From positions 186,001 to 250,000 of the forward strand of contig NW_025767734.1 in assembly GCF_003918875.1 (NCBI RefSeq): DNA of 64,000 bases, given 5' to 3'. This stretch comes from Haliotis rubra. Lineage: Eukaryota. Below, piece by piece: positions 22,701 through 35,400 of this stretch; within the stretch, counting starts at the first letter, position 1; each line of letters opens with the position of its first letter. The notes under the pieces were generated by a model. The model saw only the letters and a program-made list of their open reading frames with translations. It did not search any database and had not been told where the DNA came from. The position numbers and the translations under genes were made by a program.

Positions 22701-24732
22701 AACATTTAACCTATTGTGCCTTTTTTCTGATACAGAACTTGTAAGTGCTGCGCTATGAATACTTTAGGAAATGTTTTCTGACTTTATCATAGAAGATGTT
22801 TCAGTTTCATGATCATGAATGGGCAATAGATTGTTAAGAAGCTGTTGTCAAAACAAAGGTAATGCCTGACCAAGTGATATTTTGGGGCAGGGGCAATCGG
22901 TTGGGTGTATTTCACTACAGAAAATGTTTGCTCAAAAATGTTAGAAAATCATGTGTTCTTCGACTTGACAAAACAAAATATGTGGTTTTCAGTACATTCT
23001 GAATGTTCCGGAAGATAATGTTGTGTGGATCCTTTCAGATCAGTTAGCTCAGAAATAATGTTTTAAAAAAAATATTCTGTTTACAATATTTTTTCTGATT
23101 TTTGCAGTGGTATGACTGTTTTAAGCCATCATGTGATTTTGCAATGGCAAGCTTTGTGATGAACTGGTACATAAAATGTGTGATTCAAGGCTAGGAAGTG
23201 TAAATCAAACTTGTGTATTGCTTGTTTGTGATAGTATTTGTGTATTTTCCCAAGCTGTCCGCAGTAGGTTTTACACAGTTTGTTTGTCACAGGTGCTTGT
23301 TTCTGGAGTCCCTTTGCTAATGCTCATTGACATACTTTGGGAAGGAAACGGAATATATTTGAATGGATTATCAGCGATCGTGATATGTTTTACAAGCCAT
23401 AATAATATTATTATAGCACAGTGCTGTTGGGAAAGCATATATAATCACAATAAACTTACTGTACATAGTTAAAAAGGGACCACTAATTGGTGGGATAGCT
23501 GTCTTGCAAAAGCAGCTCTTTTCACTGGAACAATCCACCACTCAGTCTCAGAATTCAACATACTCACTCTCTAATCACATTTGTAAACTCTCGTTCACTG
23601 AGGCACAAATGGACTATGTTATGACAAGTCTCATGCAGTCTCCAACAGTGTTTTAGATGCAGTAAATGTCACACCTCATGTAAGAGCCAACTGGACACTG
23701 TACACTGTCTTACCGGTGAGCACAAATTGCACTGACCAGTTCAGTGATAGCTTTGACCTTTTATCAATGAAGTAGCCTGAATCACCACTGTGATATCTAC
23801 AGCTGTATTATGTATGGTATTGCAGCAGATTTGTGCAATAGTAAGTTGGAATTGTTTATAATTGTATGGCTGTTGTTTTGTAACTCCGGTATGGTTTTTG
23901 ACAATTGTTTTGAGCGTTATGCACGCAAAGGTAGTGGCAACATGTAGTGAGGACCAGTTTTTTACATTCACCTGTTCTCATGAAGACACAATGGTTTTTA
24001 TTTTCATTTTGTTTTTACTTTTATTGTGTTCAGAAGTATTTCATGATACTCGTTGTTGTGAGGACTATTCAAGGCGTTAGTTTAACTTCTGACAGTGTTG
24101 ACCTCCCTATGAATGACTCCAACTCATAAGAAAGATTTGGCGAATCTGGGTAGCCCCAGCCGTTTGAAAGTAGGCATGATTCTGTAGTCCATTTGGATTA
24201 TATTTCATATTTTGTAGATACGTATGTTCTTACTTAAGATAACTTTATTTCTTGAAGCAGCTGTTAGTGTAACTTCCCAGATGCTTGTCACAATGTTGTT
24301 TATTGTTATGTACATCAAATGTAATGACCAACCATGGTTTTGGGGTGGGAGATTATTGTTCTTGAGCAATTTTATAATGCCTCCTGTTGTTCCGTAGTGT
24401 CATTTGGTGTGTAAATTGTTCATCCGTCGTTGTTTACAGGTAAGAAGAATATGACCACAGTATTTGTGTCGTAATTATAGTTGTGTTCATCATACTCGTC
24501 GTTTATACTGTCATGTTTTAAATAATGGTTCATATAAACTTTCAACATATTTTATTTGAAGTTTTAGGTTCAACAATCAGTTCCAGGTTTTCTTGGCGCA
24601 GAATACAATGTTTTGTTGAAGTTTACCTTTTTTAACCAACTCTTCATTGTAACAAATAAAGATATTATGCCATATGGTATTTGTTATGTTATTTGAATGA
24701 TGAGGAGGATGAAACAGTCCTATTTTAATCAT

Positions 24733-25945
24733 CAGCACCCTGCAACATCCTGTGTTGGTCCCAGCGCCCTGCAACCCGTGAAGGTCCAGGTTAGAATGAA
24801 CCTTCAGTAACCCATGCTTGTCGTAAGAGGCGGCTAATGGGATCGGGTGGTCAGGCTCGCTGGCTTGGTTGACACGTCATCGGTTCCCAATTGCGCAGGT
24901 CTATGCTCATGCTGTTGATCACTGGATTGTCTGGTCCAGACTCGATTATTTTCAGACCACCGCCATATAGCTGCAATATTGCTGAGTGCAGCGTATAACT
25001 AAATTCACTCACTCACCCCAGCACCATCCTGTGTTGGTCCCCAGCACCCTGCAACACCCCGTGTAGGTTCCAAGCATCCTGCAACATCCTGTGTTGGTCC
25101 CCAGCATCCTGCAACATGCTGTGTTGGTCCCCAGCACCCTGCAACATCCTGTGCTTGTCCCAAGCACCCTGCAACATCCTATGTTGGTCCCCAGCACCCT
25201 GCAACATCCTGTGTTGGTCCCCAGCATCCTGCAACACCCTGTGTTGGTACCCAGCATCCTGCAACACCCTGTGTTGGTACCCAGCATCCTGCAACATCCT
25301 ATGTTGGTCCCCAGCACCCTGCACTATCCTGTGTTGGTCCCCAGCACCCTACAACACGCTGTGTTGATCCCCAGCACCCTGCAACTTTCTGTGCTCGTCC
25401 CCAGCACCCTGCAACATCCTATGTTGGTCCCCAGCACCCTGCAACATCATGTGCTTGTCCCCAGCACCCTGCAACATCCTGTGTTGATCCCCAGCACCCT
25501 GCAACATCCTGTGTTGGTTCCCAGCACCCTGCAACAATCTGTGTTGGTTCTCAGCACCCTTCAACATCCTGTGTTGGTCCCCAGCACCCTGCAACACCCT
25601 GTGTTGGTCCCCAGCACTCTGCAACACCCTGCGTTGGTCCCCAGCATCGTGCAACATCCTGCGTTGGTTCCCAGCACCCTGCAACATCCTGTGTTGTCCC
25701 CAGCATCGTGCAACACCATTTGTTGGTCCCCTGCAACCTGCAACACCCTGTGTTAGACCCCAGCACCCTGCAACACCCTTTATTGGTCCCCAGTCACCTG
25801 CAACACCCTGTGTTGGTCCCCAGCATCCTGCAACATCCTGTGTTGGTCCCCAGCACCCTGCAACACCTGTCCTGGACCCCAGCACCCTGCAAAATCCTCT
25901 GTTTGTCCTCAGCACCCTGCAACATCCTGTGTTGGTCCCCAGCAT
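24733..25945. repeat. 30-bp minisatellite (~32 units) interrupted by a SINE-like insertion
   Basis: Unit CCCAGCACCCTGCAACATCCTGTGTTGGTC at 24733-24773 and 25016-25945. Confidence 0.95.
24774..25015 (+). mobile_element. SINE-like retroelement family A, full length
   Basis: Starts ACCCGTGAAGGTCC, ends (ACTC)n. Confidence 0.88.
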
Positions 25946-26488
25946 GTCCATTCAGCCTTAATCATCTTTTAAGACGTGTAGGTTGCTGGGGACCAAATCT
26001 ACTATGGAAACCCCAAGAAGCCTGTGTTTTAAATGAAGCAATGTTGTTTTGTTCATTATGTCATTCCAGCTATGTACAAAAGTTCCCACCTCCATGCAAT
26101 TAGTGGCCGTGTTATCCAAGTCCATGACTTTATGATGGCAGGTTTTCATATCTGATGTGGATCGTTGCTCGTTATTTCAACCACTGGTTCCTGTAACCTG
26201 TTTACAGGTTCCTGTTACATGGACTGAATATTGTTGACTGTGTTCACTTCACATTAACTGTGTATAATCGCAGAGACAGAGTCCATACGTTGCTGGAAGG
26301 ATGTAGCATTTCTGTCAGTTTTCACATTTTTACGTGTTGCGAAACATGACAATCGCGCCAAGCTACTGTTATATATCGGTGGATACGTGTATAGCCCGAG
26401 TTACTTCCCTTGAATTGATTCAATGTTGTTTAGATTGACAACAGTTGTCAGTTTACGACTACCGGTATTCTCATGGGTTGCGACAGTC

Positions 26489-29400
26489 ATGGGGAAGCTG
26501 AGCTTATTTGAAGTTTCTTACAGCAAGGAGCGGCCGGTATACTACCCAGGTGAGCCTGTAGAGGGACAGGTCACGGTGGAATTAAACGACACAATGAAAA
26601 TGAGAGGTGGGTATAGCTATAAATATCTCACGAATGTCCATGACGTGACAGGCTAAATAAGATTTTCGTCGTCAGGAATGACGAGTCAGCATAGCAGACA
26701 TCTGGAGTCATCGCAATCGTTGTATGTATATTCCTGTACAACAAATAGACAACCTATTTTCGTGTTGCTGTTGATGATCAGCTGCATGTGCATAACGTCC
26801 ACAAAAACGTAAAACGAAACGCGTCTGCGGACTTGACAGTTCACTCAAGTGTGACGGTAGTCATACCTGCACTATATATAGCTCCGTCATCTTTGCGCTA
26901 TTTGAATTCAGTGACAGACGGGATTGAAGTAATGGACTAACTGACGGAGTTTGGTTTTACGCCGCTTTTAGCAATATTCCAGCAACATCACGGCGGGGGA
27001 CACCAGAAATGGGCTTCACACATTGTACCCATGTGGGGATTCGAACCCGGGTCTTCGGCGTGACGAGCCAACGCTTTGACCACTAGGCTGCCCCACCGCC
27101 CCTGAAGTAATGGAAACACAGTAACGTATATACCGCTCTTAAACACATTAAGTTCCAATCGTGTATCACATTACAGGGATTACATTTACTAAGTAATGTG
27201 TACATACTCGGTGGAATGGTCATCACCAAAAACTAACTTGATGTCGTGTATTTTGTGGTAATTATCCAGTGAATAACCCTTTGAAGCATCTTATCTTTCC
27301 TAAGGCAGGGTATAACAGTACTCATGTTAAATGTCAGAAAACGCTAGAATTTTCATCTCTAATCTATAAGAGCGTATAACTGTTAAAACAGACACATTTC
27401 AATATAATACGGGTAGGGTATAACACAATACGGATGTTATATCTCAAATAGCCTCAACAAATGTGATTACTAATACAACGGAGACGGAACGGACACATTT
27501 CATTTCACATTCTCAAAACTAATCTATAAAAGCGTATAACAGTTAAAACAGACACATTTCAATATAATACGGGTAGGGTATAACACAATGCGGATATTAT
27601 ATCTCCAATAACCCCAACAAATGTGATGACTAAGTTACAACAGACACATTTCGTTATAACACTGGTGGGGTATAACACAATGCGGATATTATATCTCCAA
27701 TAACCCCAACAAATGTGATGACTAAGTTACAACAGACACATTTCGTTATAACACGGGTAGGGTATAACACAATGCGGATATTATATCTCCAATAACCCCA
27801 AGAAATGTGATGACTAGGTTACAACAGACATATTTCGTTATAACACGGGTAGGGTATAACACAATGCGGATATTATATCTCCAAAAACCCCAACATATGT
27901 GATGACTAAGTTACAACAGACACATTTCGTTATAACACTGGTGGGGTATAACACAATGCGGATATCATATCTCCAATAACCCCAAGAAATGTGATGACTA
28001 AGTTACAACAGACATATTTCGTTATAACACGGGTAGGGTATAACACAATGCGGATATTATATCTCCAATAACCCCAACATATTTGATGACTAAGTTACAA
28101 CAGACACATTTCGTTATAACACGGGTAGGGTATAACACAATGCGGATATTAGATCTCCAATAACCCCAACAAATGTGATGACTAAGTTACAACAGACATA
28201 TTTCGTTATAACACGGGTAGGGTATAACACAATGCGGATATTATATCTCCAATAACCCCAACAAATGAGATGACTACGTTATAACAGACACATTTCGTTA
28301 TAACACTGGTAGGGTATAACACAACGCGGATATTATATCTCGAAGAACTCCAACAAATGTGATGACTAAGTTACAACACACACATTTCGTTATAACACGG
28401 GTAGGGTATAACACAATGCGGATATTATATCTCCAATAACCCCAACAAATGTGATGACTAAGTTACAACAGACATATTTCGTTATAACACGGGTAGGGTA
28501 TAACACAATGCGGATATTATATCTCCAATAACCCCAACAAATGAGATGACTACGTTATAACAGACACATTTCGTTATAACACGGCTAGGGTATAACACAA
28601 CGCGGATATTATATCTCGAAGAACTCCAACAAATGTGATGACTAAGTTACAACACACACATTTCGTTATAACACTGGTAGGGTATAACACAATGCGGATA
28701 TTATATCTCCAATAACCCCAACAAATGTGATGACTAGGTTACAACAGACACATTTCGTTATAACACGGGTAGGGTATAAAACAATGCGGATATTATATCT
28801 CCAATAACCCCAACAAATGAGATGACTACGTAACAACAGACACATTTCGTTATAACACGGGTAGGGTATAACACAACGCGGATATTATATCTCCAATAAC
28901 TCCAACAAATGTGATGACTAGGTTACAACAGACACATTTCGTTATAACACGGGTAAGGTATAACACAATGCGGATATTATATCTCCAATAACCCCAACAT
29001 ATGTGATGACTAAGTTACAACAGACACATTTCGTTATAACACTGGTGGGGTATAACACAATGCGGATATTATATCTCCAATAACCCCAACAAATGTGATG
29101 ACTACGTTACAACAGACTAGGGCTGGGACGGGTAGGAAAAAATGGAATCGAGTACCCGCATGTCCTTACCCGAATCGGAATCGAGTACCCGGAAATGTAA
29201 GGAATACAGAGCTTCTGTCAACTTTCTGAAGATTCAATCACTAGTTGAAAGAGATTATTGTAGAAAACTCGAATGGATGGCAATAAGAAATTAAAACAGA
29301 TCTAAGGCTATTTAATTTACGTCTGTTAAACCAATATATAGAGTAACACCATTACTTACATTCATTGTTAACATTTCGTACCCGCTGTTACTGTAACTTT

Positions 29401-32400
29401 CACTAGTTGGAGTCATTGTGCCTTTGTATAAGAAGGGTAACAGGCAAAACCCAAACAACTACAGGGGAATTTCTTTATTAAGTGTAATGGGTAAAATATT
29501 CACTAGTATTCTAGATTCACGTATTCGAGTTTGGCTGGACTTAAACAAAACTGTACACGAGTCACAGGCAGGTTTTAGAAATGGCTACTCAATATTTGAT
29601 AATAAACTCTGTCAAAAAAGAAACGCAACCCCTGTATTTTAGAGATTTTGATCTGAAGTTTTAGGACGACACGGCATTTTTATTATTTAAGACAGAAGTC
29701 TGAAATTTGGCAGAATAATAACCCAGATGGGCATGTTTAAAATTGTCATTTCAAAAGTCATCTCACAGACACCAGTTTGTCACCAGGGGGGCGTCTTTCT
29801 CAGTATCTCGTATGAGCACCACGCGCTGCAATCACTGCACGGCATCTCCTTGGACAAGAACGGATAAGACGCCGGATTCTTTCCTGGGGAATGGCTCTCC
29901 ACTCCTCCTGCAGTGCAACGGCGAGCTGTTGCAGCGTCTGTGGCGGCGGCTGACGTTGACGTACGCGTCGATCCAGAGTATCCACAGGTGTTCAATAGGG
30001 TTGAGGTCTGGTGATTTAGAGGGTCATGGCAAGACATTGACGTTGGAATTCTGCAGAAAGTTCATTGTTGCACGTGCAGTATGAGGCCGGGCGTTGTCCC
30101 GTTGAAAAATCTGTGTCTGTTGGTCAATAATCGGGAGAAGGTGAAGCTCTAACACGTGGTTGATGTAACGTTGGGCTGTCAGGTTCCTGGAACGATCACC
30201 AAGTCTGATTTCTGGTTGTATGAGATGGTTCCCCAAACCATGACGCTTTCTCCGCCAAATCTGTCCACCTGTCGGACGCAGATGGGCGCAAAACGTTTAT
30301 GACGTCTCCTATACAGACGCTGTCTTCCGTCGTGACGTTGCAAAAGAAAACGTGATTCATCAGAAAACCAGATTCGCCTCCAGTTTTGTAAAGTCCGTAT
30401 CCTTACGTTGTTGCACCACCTGAGTCGTCGGCGTCGATGTAGGGGCGTAGTACAGGTCCAACAACTGGTCTACAGGCACGTAACCCCGCTTCTTTCAGAC
30501 GGTTCCTAATCGTTTGAGCTGACACTCTCCTCAAACCTGGTATTTGTGTGGCAGTCACGGTTGGTAGGGCATGCCGATTACGCAGGTGATGGACCCGGAT
30601 GTACCGATCTTGAAGAGGGTCGTGATTCTTGGCCTTCCACTTCTCGGGCGATCGTTGGTCAAATTGAAGTTGTTGTAGCGGCTCCAAAGTCGGGATATCG
30701 TTGTTTTGTGAACATTTAGGTGCCGTGCAACAGTTCCAAAACTTTCTCCGGCTTGAACACGACCAATGGCGATATTTCGGTCGGCAGCACTCAATCGTGG
30801 CATTTTTAACACAGCTTTTCGGCGACAAATGAATGAATATAATACGGAAGCACATGGGCTTTTCTACACCCCTACATTAACTGCCATTTTCATGATTTGC
30901 ATGTGTTTTTTTTGTGCGAAGTCACCATGAGGGTCATTTCATGCGTTGTGACGGAATAAGCAATAAAATACACTTATGCGTACAAATGCAGTTGTTTGGA
31001 TGGTAATCTTCATTAATTACGTGTATCATTTCAATACATTCGAATAAAATTTAGTTTGGAAGCAATAACTTCATTCAAACGAATTTTTCATATCTGAGGA
31101 CAGGGGTTGCGTTTCTTTTTTGACAGAGTTTATTTTCATTCTACAGTCGCTTGTCCAAAATTCCCCTAAGGAAACCTGGTCATAGGTTTTATGCTTCATT
31201 TATTGATTTTCGCAAGGCCTTTGACTTAGTAAATAGTGATAAGTTATTGTATGTACTGTTAAGCAAAGGTGTTCATGGTAAGATCTTTAGGCTCTTAACA
31301 GACATATATAATAAGGTCAGAGCGTGCGTCCGAGTTGGCAGTAATAGGTCGGATATATTCACAACTTCACATGGCGTCAGACAAGGGTGTATGTTGAGTC
31401 CGGTATTGTTTATATATTTTATAAATGAGTTAGTAGAGGAAATGCAAAATAGTGGTATAAGGGGTATATTTGTCAAATCGGAACTGGACGACACTTTACT
31501 GCTGCTCTTTTCCGATGATGTCACCATGGTAGATGATTCTGTCGTAGGGCTGCAGCGAAAATTAGATTTCCTACATACACTTTATTTGAAATTGGGTCTG
31601 GAGGTGAATTTAGATAAGTCTCAAATTATTGTCTTTAGAAATGGTGGCTATCTTAGAAGTACAGAGAAATGGTTTTATGATGGTAAGGAAATGAGAGTTG
31701 TTAGCTATTATAAGTATTTGTGTGTCATATTTTCCTCAAGGCTAGTGTGGTCTAAAGTTTGTGAAACTCTGTCGTTAACAGCAATGAAAGTGAGCATTCC
31801 TGTCAAACAAATGCTGATAAAGTATGACGCACCTCATGAAATGGCTAAAAACATATTTGACACGAAAATAGCACCTAATTTGCTTTATGGCGCTGAAATT
31901 TGGGGATATACATATAGAGCAGATATTGGAAAGCTTCAGGGCTCGTTCTTCAGGAAGTATGTAGGTTTAGGAATATTTGTGTGTACAAAAACTGTGTTAG
32001 GGGAGTTGGGCAGATATCAAATGGCTGTTAAAAATTTTAGTCGTTTTATCAGGTACTGGTGTAGACTCGTGAGAATGAGTAGCCATTGGGGTTTACTCCC
32101 ATAAGAACTACATCCCATTTGAACTACATCCCAAAATAACTACAGGGATTAATTAGGGATTAATTATTTGAGCAGAGGCACCCCCATGACACGTAATGAG
32201 CACAGTCCATCAGCTCTCCCATATGAACTACTATTGACCAGTAATTATGTTGTTGTAAACGTAATAACCAGAAAGTAAAGGACAAGAGAGAAGGGTATTT
32301 TGTAGTTAGTTAATGTTCTTGTATTCATATGATAGGAAAAAAAACACAAGCCAAGCCTAGCATATTGGTGTAAAAGGTTTATTGGAGTAAAGGTGAAATA

Positions 32401-35400
32401 TAAACGAAAGAGTTTTGAAGTTAAAATAGTATAATTGTTTATATACTGCAATCCAGTACCACGATGCAGTTGGCTACTTATTGAAGCTGGGCTAAACTAG
32501 TTCTACATGGATCAGATTGAACACTGAGGATGAAAGTGACACTAAATTATCACACTAAATATTTAATCCTATCTGTAGATGAACTATCTGTACATCTATA
32601 TATATAACTCCCAGACTTTATCTGCACAAGATATTTCGCCGTTCAACAGCTCTTCATGTGTACAATGAAAACTAAGTGTCGTCATAAGCGATGCATAACG
32701 GTAGTAGCTATGTCGTCATCATGGGTATGACGTTAGTGACAATAGGTAATATGTAATAGATATATAAGACACAATTATCTTCTTAGGTAGTTGAAAATGC
32801 TGTTCATAAAGCAGTAAAAGTCCCAAGAGAGACACTTATGAAAACAAAAGAAACAAATACAGACATGGACATTCTTCTATTTGTTTGTACCTACAATCTA
32901 AATAACTGTACAATTATGCCCATTATAAAAGCAAATCTTCCAATTTTGTATAGAAGTGATACCATGAAAAAAAGGTTTATCAGTCAGTGTAACAAAATGT
33001 CAAACACCACGATGTGGAACTTGTTCACTGAAGACTGCAAATTTACATTTTGTGAAGGCAAACTATTTACTATAAAAACCAACATGAACTGCCGCAGCAA
33101 AAATGTTATATATGTTTTGTTTGTTTTCTGTTGGGCAAATCCATTAAGCAGACGCAGGTAACAGCATGAAGTTAATCTGTGCACCGGACCATAACATTTG
33201 TTGTTTTAAGCTATAGGGAGGACACCGCAATAGGTATCCTCGAGCTTGTTATGAAATGCTTAAAGTCTTTGACGAAAAGGGAAATGTTAACTGGGTTTCT
33301 CATGTTCGTTCACTATTGTTTTAATTTGGATGTTCTTTTGTGTGGATTACACAAAACTCTGGCGACGTAGATGTATTTATGACAACGTTTCAGCAACGCT
33401 GCAAGGATGTCTGTTTCCAAACCTGGAGCAGTGATATTGGTAGTAGTTCTTTTCTTAAAGTTTATTTTGGAAACAGAAGTTTATATAACTGCGTTGTACA
33501 CTAATAGAGACTTGATGCGTATTTTATGTTAATTTCGTTGCTTACCGCACAAATTGGGTGTCCAACAGTTGCATTTCAATAAAGACAATGTCGATAATAC
33601 TATAGCAATATGTATCAAGTGTCATGTAGATGTCGTAGAAGACGGATACCACTTTTTATTAGTATGTCCTTATTACCATACAAGTCGGATGAAGTTTGTG
33701 CCTGGGTATTATCATATACATCCATCTGTCTTTAAGTTTAAGCAGTTGTTATGCACAAAAAAATATGAATGTTATTAAAAGTCTAGCAATCTATCTGAAG
33801 AGAAATCTACCTGTTTGACTGCTATTTATTGATGTAGTATATTTATGTATATGTATCGAATGCGCACAAGCAAAGAATTATGTATTTTCTGTACTCTGGG
33901 CCATGAGGCCATTATGCGAATAAACTCTCTCACTACTCACTGCGCAGATAAATTACAGTCGTTAATAATAACCTTCATTTATAGGACAATACCAATGATG
34001 TAATTGTGTGTTACGTCAATTGTGAAAAAGACAAGTTATTATCTGCCCTAGTCATTACAGAGTTCTCTCCCTTTCCGGGTACTCGATTCCAAGAAATAGG
34101 ACTCGATTCCAGCTGTACCCGACCCGGCTTCGAGTACCCGAGTACTCGTCCCAGCCCTACAACAGACACATTTCGTTATAACACGGGTAGGGTATAACAC
34201 AATGCGATATTATATCTCCAATAACCCCAACATATGTGATGGCTAAGTTACAACACACACATTTCGTTATAACACGGGTAGGGTATAACACAATGCGAAT
34301 ATTATATCTCCAAGAACAAGGGTATAACACAATGCGGATATTATATCTCCAATAACCCCAACAAATGTGATGACTAGGTTACAACAGACACATTTCGTTA
34401 TAACACGGGTAGGGTATAACACAATGCGGATATTATATCTCCAATAACTCCAACAAATGTGATGACTAGGTTACAACAGACACATTTCGTTATAACACGG
34501 GTAGGGTATAACACAATGCGGATATTATATCTCCAATTACCCCAAGAAATGTGATGACTAGGTTACAACAGACACATTTCGTTATAACACGGGTAGGGTA
34601 TAACACAATGCGGATATTATATCTCCAATAACTCCAACAAATGTGATGACTAGGTTACAACAGACACATTTCGTTATAACACGGGTAGGGTATAACACAA
34701 TGCGGATATAATATCTCCAAAAACCCCAACATATGTGATGACTAAGTTACAACAGACACATTTCGTTATAACCCGGATAGGGTATAACACAACGCGGATA
34801 TTATATATCCAATAACCCCAACAAATGTGATGACTAGGTTACAACAGACACATTTAACCTAAACCTTCGACGGTGGTTCTTTGGGAAACACCGGGTTACA
34901 GTGCTTAACAGGAAATATAGTGAGATGACATACAGAAATAACCAGATATAAAGGTATTTCGTACCACACTATACCTGTGTCAAATGTTATGGATGGACAC
35001 CATAGTTATCATTCGCTTCAAGAACAGGGTTCTGTTTCAAAAAAGATACCGTACCGCTACGACCTATACTTTAACATAGACCTGAGGCAGTCTGGGACAG
35101 TCTGGACGTTCGCAGAATCTCCACTAGCATCTGACGTGTTCCTTCCCTCAGATGCCTTTTATTCACATACAAACAGCCCGGGTAGCGTAATATATACACG
35201 AAGGACTTAATTAAGCACCTCCTGCATTTTTGCAATGATAGATTTTATATACTTTGTATACTTCCGGCACAGCAACTCGGTCTTTGGCGATTTAATAAAA
35301 CCCATCAAATGCATCCCCACGGAAAGCGCATGTATATGCCTCCTACATACATCGGAGATATGGACGAAAGCTTTTGATACTTGTGAGACCTTTAAAATAC

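Larger units (their letters stand above)
29400..33941 (+). mobile_element. 5'-truncated non-LTR retrotransposon (LINE, CR1/L2/RTE-X-like), interrupted
   Basis: IVPLYKKG..NYRGISLL..QAGFR, FIDFRKAFD, GVRQGCMLSP, FSDD, a C-terminal C..C..EDGYHFLLVC motif, and AATAAA plus a simple-repeat tail at ~33919. Confidence 0.9.
29118..34159. mobile_element. Non-autonomous hAT element inserted in the satellite (hosts a LINE)
   Basis: TIR TAGGGCTGGGACG / CGTCCCAGCCCTA; 8-bp TSD CAACAGAC; subterminal CGAGTACCCG repeats. Confidence 0.92.

Noticed and set aside
25009-26103. Repetitive ORFs (LVPSTLQHPV etc.) as proteins
   Set aside because: They are by-products of a 30-bp minisatellite with few stops, open in several frames on both strands, with no splice context.
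27549-29117. CRISPR-like array
   Set aside because: Units are wholly repeated with no unique spacers, the context is eukaryotic, and there are no cas genes.
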